Assembly (NCBI RefSeq): GCF_009914755.1
Contig: NC_060931.1
Direction: 5' to 3' (one strand)
Source of the DNA: the human T2T-CHM13v2.0 reference genome, Homo sapiens
Length of the DNA: 64,000 nucleotides
Shown here: positions 30,429-44,911 of the stretch, piece by piece
Layout of the letters: each line of letters begins with the position of its first letter
Numbering within the stretch: position 1 is the first letter of the stretch
Notes under the pieces: generated by a model
Seen by the model: only the letters and a program-made list of their open reading frames with translations
Database searches by the model: none
Told to the model about the DNA's origin: nothing
Program-made: the position numbers and the translations under genes

Positions 30429-32043
30429 CTGAAAAAAGTTAACATCATTCAAATATAATTAACATTGCATACTGTAACTTACACTTAAAAGAAACTGAAC
30501 GTACGATTATCTCATATCCAGAAAGGAAATTTTAGCAAGTAAGTGGGACAGATGTTTCACAATTTACTACCCTGATAACAACTTTTAAAAAAATGATATA
30601 TCACAGTTGTATATATTTTGGGGGGTACATGCGATATTTTGATACACATATACAATGTATAATAAACAAATCAGGGTAATTGGGATATCTAAGTGCTTCC
30701 TTAACCTACAATAATCAGAAAAGAAAAAAGTACATCTAATTCAAAATAGTAAAAATTAAAGGAAGATAGTAATTAATATTTTTGGTAAGATACATAGCAA
30801 AACTAAAAATTCCATTTGGATAAATGACTCAGATTAAATATTAAGATAGTACTTTAAAAACATTGCTAAGTGGCAAGAGAGTAATGAGCATGACTAAATG
30901 TATACAAATCCTAACTGAACACCTCAAAAAGATATGGTGAAATTCCTGAGTTTTAAAATCTAACCTCTCAGGAAGTCAAGGTTATATCACATACTCAGCC
31001 AAAATACAAGATCAAATCTCATTTCAATAAATGATTTATGACTCAAAATAACCTTTGATGTTCATAAACTTCTTATGTCAAGTTTGGTGTCATCTACTCT
31101 ACATTTAACAATGTAATAAAATAATTTTAAGTTTTTGAATTTTCAAAGTTTGGAAGAAAAATGGTAAATTCCTTTGTGAAATTCTACAGGGCTGTAGTGA
31201 TTACTGTTTATCCTATAAAAATTCTGAAAATATTAGAATAATATTTGGAAAATGATAGCCATGTTTATCAGATTGCTTAAAAGGTTAGAGGAAGTTACTT
31301 TATATGCAGTAAAAGTGGCTTGGTTTGATGATTACATGACGGAATCTTTGGAATTTTACGTGCTTTCAAATTCGGGAACTCAGTGTTACAAACTCTTGAA
31401 CTAAACAACTTAGTTTTATAATTGTACTATACTTGATCCTTGCTTAGAAGTTACAGACTTGTGGCTAAAGCTTTAATCTTCAGACCAAAAGTTTATATTG
31501 ATAAAGTAATTTAATGTATGGCAAGTATTTATTATTGAGTTTAACATCTGAATGACAGATTATACATCCAGGTATATTATCACTTTATCGTAAGCCCTGT
31601 CACACATATAAGAGCAAATGTTGTTTAAGGAATTTAATTTTTAAATTGTTTAATACATTAATTAAACTTACAAAAGAATGTTTGAGTTACATGTTCAAAC
31701 TGGCATTTTACTAGCTTTCACTAAATTACTTTTAAAATTCTGGACCAGTTTAAAATGTTTAAATAGTATATTACAATTTTATTCCTGGGGCCAGAATAAG
31801 ATTTTATTACTCTTTTATAGAGCTTTTAAATTACTATAAGTGCTTCTTGTTTCATAGAAGATGAATACTCTAGCAAAATAAAGTTCTCATTACCTGGCTG
31901 GAGGAAAGATACATATTTAAACATTTAATAATTGCCAGATACACTATAATTACACTTTTAATTCTAACAGAATAATACAAAAGTTCTACAAATGATAATG
32001 TGATATGCCACAGAAAATAAGTTTAATATGTACAGAAGGATAC

Positions 32044-32178
32044 CTCATGATGTTTGTTTCTTTTTGCAATCTCACTTGGCATCTTTCCATCTTTGGTTTG
32101 TAGCATTTTATTAGCTCCAAGTTCAAGCAACTTCAAAACTATATTTTTATGACCCTGACGTGCTGCCCACGTTAAAGC
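32044..32178 (-). CDS. ASZ1: ASZ1 exon 6 (135 nt), ankyrin: [45 protein letters not shown]
   Basis: Manual translation; acceptor cttacag|GCT, donor GAG|gta; phase 0-0 joins exon 5 in frame. Confidence 0.96.
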
Positions 32179-32538
32179 CTGTAAGTAGGGGGAAAAGAAG
32201 ATTGTTTAAAGAGAAGGAGTGTATATGAGACAGACAGGAAAAGTTTTCAACAGTATTTATGACACAATAAAAAAGAGAACATAGTTAATTAATGGAATGA
32301 TGCAATCTCTTCATTTTACAATATAATGTAAACATATTTCCAAAGTTGTAATTGCAAAGCTGACTGCAAAGCTCATTGATTTTTTAAAACCAGTGTTTTA
32401 TACAATTAACTGATGTTAAGGAATAAAATGATTTATTTGCCAATCACTGAAGGGTTTTCTACAAAAAATAATTCTTATGTATATTTTAGAGCCCAGATTT
32501 TGCTGTATGTTACAATTTTTTTTTTTAATCAAGAGTAA

Positions 32539-32906
<368 letters not shown>

Positions 32907-33015
32907 TAGCAATTATATTCCAGCCCTTTTGTAATTATTACTTCTTAAAATTCTTTTTTTGTAGATTACTGATAATAACAGAAACAAAAAGAAACATTGT
33001 AAAAATGTTTCTCAC

Positions 33016-33127
33016 AGTGTAACCATTCTCATCCTGGGTATTAACTTCTGCTCCATGAGCAACAAGGAGAGCAACAACCTGGGTGTGACCATCTCGAGCA
33101 GCATACATGATTGGGGTCATAAGTCTC
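33016..33127 (-). CDS. ASZ1: ASZ1 coding exon 5 (112 nt), ankyrin repeat: (R)[37 protein letters not shown]
   Basis: Ankyrin consensus (TPIMYAA..GH..VV.LLV..GA.VN..D) inside ORF 32938..33171; acceptor ctccttag|G and donor ACT|gtgag; peptide matches recalled human GASZ. Confidence 0.96.
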
Positions 33128-33337
33128 CTAAGGAGGAGGAAGAAAGGAAACATTTGTGTTAATGCTGCCATTAATCTCTCATTTTCATTAATTTAACCAT
33201 ACACAATACCACCAGTACTGCTTTGAAAACGAAAAGAAATGAAAGCTTTTGCTAAATCAGGTGATTTAAAAATCCAACCTTCCTGCAAGTAAGTACAAGT
33301 GAAAGAGATGACACTTTTAAAGTGCTGAATGCTTACA

Positions 33338-33355
33338 CAGCACCCTCTAGTGAAT
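33338..33355 (-). promoter_or_regulatory. CTCF-like motif (ATTCACTAGAGGGTGCTG), reverse orientation
   Basis: 10/12 core match; shares CACTAGAGGG with the 47327 site. Confidence 0.4.
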
Positions 33356-34336
33356 AAATGTATTAAAAATACATGAAATAAGCCACGCTTTCTACTATGA
33401 AGTTCACTAATATACATATTCATCTAGAAAATTATCAGTGTACCCACACTATGCTTATGCTAGGAATATAGTAATGAATGACACAAATAAGGTCCCTGCC
33501 CTCAAAGGATTTGCTAATACTAAATGCTTATTACATTTTATTTAGAGGATTGCTGAAACAAAAATGTAAATTTAAAAACTTCATTCCTTAATGTATTCTA
33601 TTATGATTCTACTTTAGTCTGAGACTGAAAGAATTTTATTCTGACTGGGAGACTTACTATATATAATTAGAAAAGAGATAAGTCCAATAGATTAACCAGC
33701 TTAATATTCTCTTAAGAGTACTTTCTGGGAGAGGATAGTGGTTTCTCTGTAGTTTATCATTTCCCAAAATTAGAGATTCAATCCTTCTACTCCTGGAAGT
33801 TAGTCACCTTCTGGGCCTATTCCAAGGACACCAGATTTTATCAGCTCTACTTGGGCTGAACATAACATCATGGTCTGTTTTAAAGGAGGTCTGAGACTCT
33901 GAGCCCAATTTTCCTGAGTCGTCCTCAAGATCTGATTTATACACAAAGAACTTTGGAAAAGAAAAATAAATAATTTCAGAGTTCCATGTTTTGATCTTAC
34001 CAAGAAAGTTTTTATTGGTTATTCACATTACATATACAACCTACCAATAGACTATTTCTCTGTAAGGTTTGTTAGCATAAGGTTATACCCTGAAATCTGA
34101 ACACTTCACACCTATGTCCTTGTTAGCACAATTCATATATATCTGTTTCTTATATTTCATGGTATATTATAATTTGAATGTTTTATGTGAAATTATATGC
34201 TAAATCAGTTGTAAAAGATTGCCTCCTCTACCTTGAATATCCCTTACATAGTGGCTTCATTAGATAGACAATCTTTATGAGGTAAAGATTGAATTTCCTG
34301 GATAACTTAAGCAAACATAAAAAAATATATACAACT

Positions 34337-34627
34337 AGCCAGGTGTGGTGGCTCAGGCCTGTAATCTTACCACTTGGGGGGCTAAGGCAGGTGGATTGCT
34401 TGAATCCAGGAGTTCGAGACCAGCCTGGGCAACAGAGGAAAGCCCTGCCTCTACCTCTACTTAAAAAAAAAAAAAAAAAAAAAATTAGCTGGATGTGGTC
34501 TGCACAACTGTAATCCCAGCTACTTCAGAGGTGGGAGAATCACCTGAGCCTGGGAGATCAAGGCTTCAGTGAGCCGAGATTGTGCCACTGCACTCCAGCC
34601 TAGGCAACCAGAGTGAGACCCTGTCTC

Positions 34628-34668
<41 letters not shown>
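34337..34668 (+). mobile_element. AluJ with long middle A-tract and (CAA)n tail
   Basis: Dimeric Alu; (AAC)~14 at 34627-34668. Confidence 0.92.
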
Positions 34669-34699
34669 CGCCACCCAAAACCCCCACATACACACATAC

Positions 34700-35190
34700 A
34701 TGGCAACAACAAATTATTTGAATTAACCATTCGAATTCAAATTCTTCATTACATCTAAATCCGAACTGTTGATGTCTCATCTCCACTGCACTTACCTGCA
34801 TAATAACCCAAATCTGCTCCTCTCAGTCTTCCCTATTTCATAAAGCCACCATTAACCACATTACTCAGGCTTAAGACTAGGCATAATTCATGACTCTTCT
34901 CTGTCATTCCAAGTACAAGTCACCGGCAGCTCCTATTAGCCCTGCCTTCATAATCTGCTTCTGATCACTTTTCATCACCTCATTAGCCACTGCAGTGGTC
35001 CAAGACAACATCATCTTTCTCTGATTTATATTGCCATAGTCTCATAACTGCTCTCCTCCATGCTTCCATTCTTGGCCACTTACAGTTTATTGTCTTTGAA
35101 AATGCCAAGATCTCCCCTTTGCAGGAACTGTGCAAGTGCTCTTGCCTGTCCCCAGACCTTCATATTGCTAACTCCTTATTCTTATACAGA
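34700..35190 (-). mobile_element. L2 fragment
   Basis: aatctgctcctctcagtcttccctatttca; ttactcaggc; ataactgctctcc motifs. Confidence 0.55.
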
Positions 35191-35199
35191 TCCTTATTA

Positions 35200-36365
35200 A
35201 GAGAAGATCAGTAAAATTTTCAAACCTCTAGCTAGACTGATTAAGCAAAACAGAGAGAAGAAACAAGTTACCAGTATCAAGAACAAGAGAAGTAACATCA
35301 GTACAGATTATCCAGATTTTAGAAGTATGAGGAAGTATTATGAACAAATTTATGCCAATAAATTAGACAGTTTAGATGAAATGGATAAATTTCTCAAAAT
35401 ACACAAGCTACCACAGCTCACTCAAAAAGAAATAACCTGAATAGCCCTAGACTTATTTTTTAAAAACTTAATTAGTAATTATAAATTAAATTAAATTTTC
35501 CACAAAGAAAACAGCAGGCCAGATGGCTCCACTGGTGAATTCTACAAAACAGTTAATGAAAACAACATCAATTCTAAACAAACTCAACCAGTAAACTAAA
35601 GAGGGGAAGATGCTTCCCAACTCATTCTATGAAGCAAAATTACTCTTATACCAAAACCAGAGGGTGCCATTATAAGGAAAGAAAACTATAAACCAATAAT
35701 CTTCACTGAAAATAAAAATGTTTTAAACAAATTTTAACAGAATCCAAAAATACATAAAAAGGTTAATACATCATGACTACAGGCAATTATCCTAGGAATG
35801 CAAGGCTGGTTTGATATTTGAAACATCAATCAATATAATGTACCATATTAACAAACTAAAAATGAAAAAAAACCCTCAACAAATGCAGAACAAGTATTTT
35901 ACAAAATCCAACATTTATTTCTAACAAAAACACTCAGCAACATAGGAATAGATGAGAACTTCCTCAACCTGACAAAAGCATCTATGGAAAATTTACAGTT
36001 AACATCATATTTAATGGTGAAAGAGTACTTTCCCCCAACATCAGAAACAAGACAAGGATGTATGCTCTCACATTTCTACCCAACATTGTATTGGAAGTTC
36101 TAGCCAGCGGAACAAGACAAGGAAAAAGAAAAATGGTAGGCCTCCAGATGGGAAAAAAAGCAAAATTGTCTTTATTCACAGACAGCATGATGTATATAGA
36201 AAACCTGATGGACTCCACAAAAAAAGTACTAGAACTAATGAATTTGGCAAGGTTACAGCATTCAAGAGAAATATTTAAAAAATCAATTGTATTTCTTCAT
36301 GCTAGCAATGAACAACATGAAATGAAAATAAAACAATACAACTTAAGTAAAAATATAAAAGCCAG
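35200..36365 (+). mobile_element. L1M ORF2 fragment
   Basis: RT-region peptide NIVLEVLA...KLSLFTDSMMYIEN. Confidence 0.88.
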
Positions 36366-36684
36366 GAAATCTATTGCTGTTTATTAGAAATGCACCTAGT
36401 ATTTGCATATATGCATATATAAATACAGGGTGATGGTGATGTATTTGAATATATCTGACTTACAGTTGTCTAAGTAACAATTTGGATCCAGAAGTCTTTT
36501 TTTTTTTTTAAGATTCAGGAGGTACACGTTAAGGTTGGTTAATGGGTATATTGTGTGTTGCTGAGGATGAGGTTTGGTCTTCTATTAATCCCACCACCCA
36601 AGTAGTGAATATAGTACCTAATAGGTAGTTTTTCAACCCTTGACCCCTCCTTGCCTCCTCCCCTTTGGATTCTCTAGTGTCTAT

Positions 36685-37227
36685 TTTTAACTGAGCATCC
36701 CAGCCTCAAAATGCATTTTAAAACTTTTTTTCCTTTCTTGTTTTCAGCTTTGAAACATATTTTGAAATGCTTTGTTTCTACTTTTCCCACCAGGCACTTC
36801 AATGAACAGTGCTTGCTTATCTAATTATGTGCTTGCTTAGGTAATCCAGGGGCCAATTTTGAAACAAACCAGGCAGAGAGATACAGCTCCCACTTAGGGG
36901 TAGTTATGAACAGTTAACCTACCACTACCAGGCCAAAGTCAGGATGAGGCAAACCAGACCTTCTGGACAGGCAATTTCTCAAGATAACCATTGAAACAAG
37001 TCATGTAGACCTGCACCCTCGGGCAACACTCCTGCATATTTCCCACACCTTTTCCTTCTTAAACCCCTTCATTTAGCCCAAAAAGTTGGAATGGTCTTTT
37101 GAAGGCATGAGCCTGGCCATTCTCCAATTGCTAGCATTTGATAAATAAAATTACTTTCCTTTCACCACATCTCGTTTCTCCTATTCTTGGTTTATGGGCA
37201 GCCAGCAGCTGGACTTGAGCAAGTTAC
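36685..37227 (+). mobile_element. ERV1-type solo LTR (MER72-like, subfamily uncertain)
   Basis: Interrupts the L1 3' UTR with a ctat(t) duplication; TATA-like cttaaacccc; AATAAA at about 37144; ends gttac. Confidence 0.7.
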
Positions 37228-37493
37228 CTATTGTTTTCATCTTTATATGCATGTGTACCCAATGGGTAGCTCTGACGGATAAGTGAGAACATGTGGCATT
37301 TGGTTTCCTTTTTTCTTTTTTCTATTTCTACATTAATTCATTTAGGATAATGGCCTCCAGCTGCATGCGTGCTGCTGCAAAGGACATGGTTTCTTTTTTA
37401 TGGCTGTATAGTATTCCATGACCTATATGTGGCATATTTTCTTTATCCACTCTTGAGTTGATGGGCACATAGGTTGGTTCTATATCTTTGTAA

Positions 37494-37792
<299 letters not shown>

Positions 37793-38035
37793 GCTATTGT
37801 GAATGGTGCTGTGATAAACATAATGAGTGCAGTGTCTTTTTGGTAGAATGGTTTATTTTCCTTTGGGTATATACTCAGTAATGGGATGGCTGGGTCAAAT
37901 GGTAATTCTAGTTTTAGTTCTTTGAGAAATCTCCAAACTGTTTTCCACAGTGGTTTAACTAATTTACATTCTGCCAGCAGTGTACGTTTCCCTTATCTCT
38001 GCAGCTTCACCAACATGTTATTTTTTGACTTTTAA

Positions 38036-38325
<290 letters not shown>

Positions 38326-39116
38326 TGACTTTTTAATAATAGCCATTCTGAAGGGTGTGAGATGGTACCTCATTGTGGTTTTGATTTGCATCTCTGATGA
38401 GTAGTGATGTTGAGTACTTTTTCATGTTTCTTGACTGCTTGTATGTCTTTTTTTTTTTTGAGAAGTGACTGTTTATGTCCTTTGCCTACTTTTTAATGAG
38501 GTTATTTTTCTTATCGATTTAAGTTCCTTATAGAGCCTGGATATTTAGTCCTTTGTTGGATGCATAGTTTGCAAATATTTTCTCCCATTCTGCTGATAGT
38601 TTCTTTTGCTGTGAAGAAGCTCTTTAGTTTAATTAGGCTCCACTTGTCAAATTTTGTTTTTGTTGCATTTGCTTTTGAGAACTTAGTCATAAATTCTTTG
38701 CATAGGGTAAGGTCCAGAAGAGCATTTCCTAGTTTTTCTTCTAGGATTTTTGTAGTTTGAAATCTTGCATTTAAGTCTTTAATCCATCTTGAATTGATTT
38801 CTGCATATGGTAAGAGGTAGGGATCCAGTTTCATTCTTCTGCATGTGGGTATCCGGTTTTCCCAGTGCCATTTACTGAATAGGGTATCCTTTCCCCACTG
38901 TTTATTTTTGTTGACTTTGTTGAAGATTAGTTGGTTGTTGGTGTGGGTTCTCTATTCTGTTCCATTGGGCTACATGTCTATGTCTGTACCTGTACAATAC
39001 TGTTTTGATTACTGCAGCCTTTTAGTATAGCTTGAAGTTAAGTAATGTGATGCCTCAAGCTTTGTTCTTTTTGCTTAGAATTGCTTTGGCTGTTCAGGTT
39101 CTTTTTTGGTTTCATA

Positions 39117-39416
39117 TTTTTTTTTCTTATTTTTTGAGACAGAGTCTCACTCTGTTGCCAGGCTGGAGTGCAGTGGCATGATCTCGGGTCAATGCAATGT
39201 CTGCCTCTGGGTTGAAGTGATTCTCCTGCCTCAGCCTCCCGAGTAGCTGGGAGTACAGGCGTGCACCACCAGGCCCAGCAAAGTTTTGTATTTTTAGTAG
39301 AGACTGAGTTTCACCATGTTGGTCAGGCTGGTCTTGAACTGCTGCCGTCAGGTGATCTGTCTGCCCTCTGCCTCCCAAAGTGCTGGGGTTACAGGTGTGA
39401 GCCACTGTGCCCGGCC
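39117..39416 (-). mobile_element. AluS
   Basis: Reverse Alu; TSD tcatat. Confidence 0.93.
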
Positions 39417-40135
39417 TCATATGACTTTTAGAATAGTTTTTCCTAATTCTGTGAAAAATGACATTGGTCATTTGATAGGAATCACATTGAATCTGTAGAT
39501 TGCTTTGGGCAGTACAGATATTTTAATGATACTGCAGTCTTCCATCCAATCTGTGATCACGGAATTCTTTTTCATTTGTTTGTCATTTATAATTTCTTTC
39601 AGCAATGCTTTTCAGTTCTCCTGTAGAGATCTTTTACCTTCTTGGTTAGATGTATTCTAAAAAAGGAATGGAAAATCCTTTTTTTCAGCAGTGTTTTTCA
39701 GTTCTCCTGTAGAGATCTTTTACCTTCTTGGTTAGATGTATTCCTAGGTATTTTAATTATTTCATTTTTTGCAGTTCTTGTAAATGGAACTGCACTCTTG
39801 ATTTGGTTCTCAGCTTGAACATTATAGGTATATAGAAATGCTTCTGATTTTTGTGCATTGATTTAGTATCCTGAGACTTTACTAAAGTTATTTAACAGGG
39901 GTCTATGGAGTCTTCTGGGGGAAATCTTTAGGGTTTTCCAGGTATAGAATAATACAATAAGCAAAGGCATTTTTAAACATTAATAATATCATACTGTTCA
40001 TACAATGTTTTAATTTGCCGATAAATGAATTTAAAATTATTTTTCCTCTGAGGAAATTTCCTCTGTGCTTTCTCTGAATCACACAAGTGCTGATATAAAG
40101 GCCTTGTGTTGTCACTTTTACCAGTTCTATTTTAA

Positions 40136-40472
<337 letters not shown>

Positions 40473-41437
40473 GTAGCATAAAAAAAAAAAATTCTTAAAA
40501 GACTTTCTTTGTGGTCTACAACATAACTTCTGTTGAAAATAATCCATGCATGTAAATTATGTTAAAGTCAGAATTCTAGGTAAATATCAATTAGATACTC
40601 TTGTTGATTGTGTTATTCTATATCTTTATTTTTTGTCTAATCTGTTTTTCTAAGAGATATACTAAAGTCTTCAAATATGATTATAGATTTTTTATTCCTT
40701 TTTTTAGTTCTACTAGTTTTTGTTCTATGTATTTAAAAGCCATGTATATTAAAACTATCTTGTTAAATTGTTGCTTCTATCAATATCATTTTCTCTTTGG
40801 TCCCTTAAGTAATGTTTGCCTGGCATTTTATTTACTACCCTAGGGGTATTTTTTTATCTTGATATTTACCAGGTATAAATATTTGCTGAATAAATGGCAT
40901 TTAAAAAATCATTTTATTTATTTTCCACTCTAATGTAATGTTTTATTTTTAGGTGTGACTTCACTAGATTTTGCTTTTAGCCAATATGAGAGTTACTATT
41001 ACTTTAATAAGTGAGTTTTACCAATTATATTACTTTTCTTAGTTATTAATATGGCTGGACTTATTTCTGACATTTTTGCACTTTCTGTTTATCATGCGTC
41101 CATAATAAATACATGTTTCCATGTCTCCTTGGACATAGAATCACCTTGTTAGATTGATCAAGTTCTCTTAGTTTCACTCCCACCCACTCCATCTGAAAGC
41201 TTTTAATTTCATTATTTTCTTCAAGTACAGTACTTAAGTCCTCTTCTCTTCAACATGCTTATCCTTACTATTCAACAAAGAGAAAAGTTAATAAATAACT
41301 ATACATAGTTTCATGAGAAAAGAGATGTTTACTTTTATGTTGCTTCATTCTCTCCTCAGCTACTAGAACACCAAACTTATTATATGATGGAAATTTAATA
41401 CAAATTTATCATAAATACTCTCCCCCACCCTGGCCCC

Positions 41438-41704
41438 CCTTTTTAGGAGACAGGGTCTTGCTCTGTCACTCGGGCTAGAGTGCAATGGCATCATCATAGC
41501 TCACTGCAGCCTTGACCTCCTGGGCTCAAGCCATCCTTCCACCTCAGCCTCCCGAGTAGCTAGGACTACAGGTATGCACCACCATGCCTGGCTAATTTTT
41601 AAAATTTCTGTTGCCTAGGTTGGTCTCAAACTCTTGCGCTCAAGCAGTCCTCCTACCTTGGCCTCCCAAAGTACTGAGATTACAGTGGTGAGCCAAGCCT
41701 GGCC
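41438..41704 (-). mobile_element. AluJ with internal deletion
   Basis: Reverse Alu lacking part of the left arm. Confidence 0.88.
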
Positions 41705-43146
41705 AAGATGGTCATTTCTTGACAGGAATTTTCTTGATATGTAAATAATCTCTTCTGTAGTTAACTTTTAGGATTTTTGCCTTCATTCTTAATGTTCTGA
41801 AGTTTATTGTGATGTGTCTACATATTTTAATTAAAAATGTATATATATTTATCTATTTGTATATAAATCTTTATTCAGTGATTCTTTCAATCCTACCAAT
41901 TTGTCTTCAGTTGGGAAACATTCTTGGTCTTTATTGCTTCAAACATAGTCTATCTTCCATGTTCTCCTTTGGAATTATTATTTGACAGATGTTAGGACTT
42001 CTGGAAAGGTTCTCCATGTCTCTACCTTTCCTTTATACTTTCCATTTCTTTAGCCCTTTGTGTTGTATTCTTGGAGATTTCCTCACCTCTATCTTCTAGT
42101 CCACTACTCAGCTCTTCAGATGAGTCCCATCTACTCTTCTACCTCTTCTACACAAATACTTAGTTTTAATATTCAATAGTTCCTTTTTTCATAATTCACT
42201 GTGCTTGTTTTTTCATTTCTATTGTTATTTTGTGAAGGCAAATCCCTCTTTTATTGTTCAGGAATAAAGGCCTTTTTAGATTCCTCTATTTTTCCCACTT
42301 TCTCTAGTTTAAGTCACTCTTTTGTTGAATTTGTTGTCCCTGTTTCATGACACCTACATTCTTCAGATTTTGGTGATTTTTGGTTGTGCACCTACCTTCT
42401 GGTCTATGGCAAAGGCCTCCAAACACAGAAGACAAGATAACCTTGTCTATCAGTAATGCAGATTTTAGGTATTGCTAGAGTTTCCCATCTGTTTCTTTCT
42501 TTGGCGAGCGACTCTTTTTCCATTCCAGAGATAACTTTTTTCTTTCAAAAATAACTTTATCAAAATATTTTAATAGCTTTGTATCTAAAGCTTTCTGTGG
42601 AAGGGCAAGACTTTAGCATATTCTCAGTTTAAGAGCTTGAATTCATAAGCCTATTTTTCCAAAAATTCTTTTTTTGGTCATGTTTTTCTTCCAGAATTTT
42701 TAGAATCATTTCATCAAGTCAAAACAATCTGTTTGGCACTCTGAATACGATGTTTAATTCTATATATTTAGATTTTTAAAAATGTCTTTTTAAATACTGA
42801 TTCATCCTAGTCAAGATGACAACCAACATCCAGCCAACATGACGTGTATATTCAATCTTCTTTTATTTTACTTGGTGTAGTTTTACATTTTTCTTCATTT
42901 AGACCTTTCACATTTTTAAATCAAATTGTAATCTCAAGCTTTTCGTTTCTTGTGAGTTGGAAACCAAATGAAGTTTGCACATTAGTTTTGTAAAAACTAC
43001 TACACTGTATGATTGTTATTTCTGAGTTGACTATTTTCGGTTTACCAAGTATATATTAATATAATTTAAAAATTATGATTTTGTTCTCCTTTTCCTAATA
43101 AAAAAGATGTAATAGTTTAATTAGAGGCATAGTTCAATGGTTTACA

Positions 43147-43331
43147 TCAGCAGTCAGCAAATTTTTTCTGTAAAGGGCAAGACAGTAAATATTTTGGGCT
43201 TTGTGATGCATGCAGGGATTTGTTACAACCACTCAACTCTGCTGTTGTATCATGAACATAGCCATAGACAATACATAAACAAATGAGCACAGCTGTGTTC
43301 CAGTGAAACTTAAGAAGTCTGCCAACCTCTG
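43147..43331. mobile_element. MER58A-like MITE nested in a MIR (about 43125-43570)
   Basis: cagcaaattttttctgtaaagggc...gtaaatattttgggc; MIR core resumes at 43345. Confidence 0.75.
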
Positions 43332-44419
43332 ATTTAGAATGTTAAGCTGTGGAGTCAGAATGCCTAGGTCAAATCTAGCTTTCAACATTTACTGGCTTAG
43401 ACAAGTTTCTTAAACTCTCACTGCCTCAGTTTCTACAACTTTATATGAGCATAAAATAGTTTCTATATTTGTGACACCTATTTGTGTTAGTATCACAATC
43501 TGTGATGAGATAATAATATTCAGTAACAAAGAACAGTACCATGCACAAAGTAAATTCTCAGTCATTAATAGGTATTTTTATTATTAACTACATCTTGTAT
43601 TTTTCTTGCATAACTGAATTGCCTTACAGTTCCCAAAACAATGGTAAAACTAAAAGTGCTTACAACAAGCATCCTTTCCTTGTTGCTGACATTAATGCAA
43701 ATGCTGCTAGCTTCTCCATTAAACGTGTAATTTGTTTTGTCTTCAGATATATGTTTTCGAAATTAAGGAGCTACTCATCTAATCATATTTTACTAAGGTT
43801 ATAAAAATCAGAGATTTTAACTTTTATAAAATATCTTTCTGGCATCTATTATAATGATAACCACCTCAAAAATCCTCTGACCTATTTATGTAATTGTTTC
43901 CCTAATATTGAACCATTTTTGTATAGATGACATGAATCAATCTGATCACAGTATATTATTCATTTACTTTGCTGATAACATTAAATTTGCTAATACTTCA
44001 AGTGGTTAAGATTTGTGTATCCATGTTCATAACTAAGATTGATTTGTAAGACTTCTTTAAGTGGATCTTTGTTAAATTGGATTTCAGAATCAGTGTTATG
44101 TTTGCTTTATAAACAAGAAATGAAAGGCTTTTTTTTCCCTTAGGTTTTGATAGTATTAATGTAATCTATTCCTTGGAAGTTTAAAATAAGTAACCTATTA
44201 AAATCTCTGAGCCTAACACTTTTTTTGGAAGTTATCTTTCTGACATTTTTTCTCAAAAAATGCATTCAAAATCACAACATAAAAAATTTTAAAGCATAAA
44301 CAAAAACCAAACTAGAAATAGCATCTACAACATGTATTAAAATAATTAAATTAATTAAAAATAAAATTATTTAATTTAATAACAATAATTAAAATACCTA
44401 AAAGAATTAAAAAATACCT

Positions 44420-44590
44420 ACCAGACATGGTGGCACACACCTATAGTCCAACTTCTTGGGATGCTGAGGCAGGAGTATCTCTTGAGCCCAGGAGTTCAAA
44501 ACCAGCCTGGGCAACATAGTGAGACTCTGTCTCCGAACTGAACCGAACCGAACCGAACCGAACCGAACCAAACCAAACCAAACGCAATAA
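44420..44590 (+). mobile_element. FLAM-type Alu monomer with (CCGAA)n/(CCAAA)n tail
   Basis: Single arm followed by a pentamer repeat at 44533-44583. Confidence 0.85.
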
Positions 44591-44911
44591 AAAACCAAAG
44601 TAAAAGATCCAATATACAAAAGATTCTTGTTAATCAGTAAGAAACATGTGAACCACCAAACAGCAAAACTACAAAGTACACAGGCAATTAGTAGACAAAG
44701 AAATACAAACAACTTACAAAAATGCGCAAGACTAATCAATTATTATTAAAAAGCATGCAAACTAAAATGAGGGATCATTACTTGCAATCAAACTGTAAAG
44801 CTGAGAACATAAAAAATATCTAGTGCTGTCACTATGTATGTCCTCTCAAGTACTGTTGGAGATAGTGTAAATGTTTTCAATTTTTTCAGAAGACGATTTG
44901 GTAACACCTAT

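Noticed and set aside
33125-33130. NAGNAG tandem acceptor (TAG-GAG) at exon 5
   Set aside because: GAG is rarely used as an acceptor; no supporting evidence.
32938-33171. 77-aa ankyrin ORF as a stand-alone gene
   Set aside because: It is ASZ1 exon 5 plus intronic flanks; likewise ORF 29306..29539 is exon 8.
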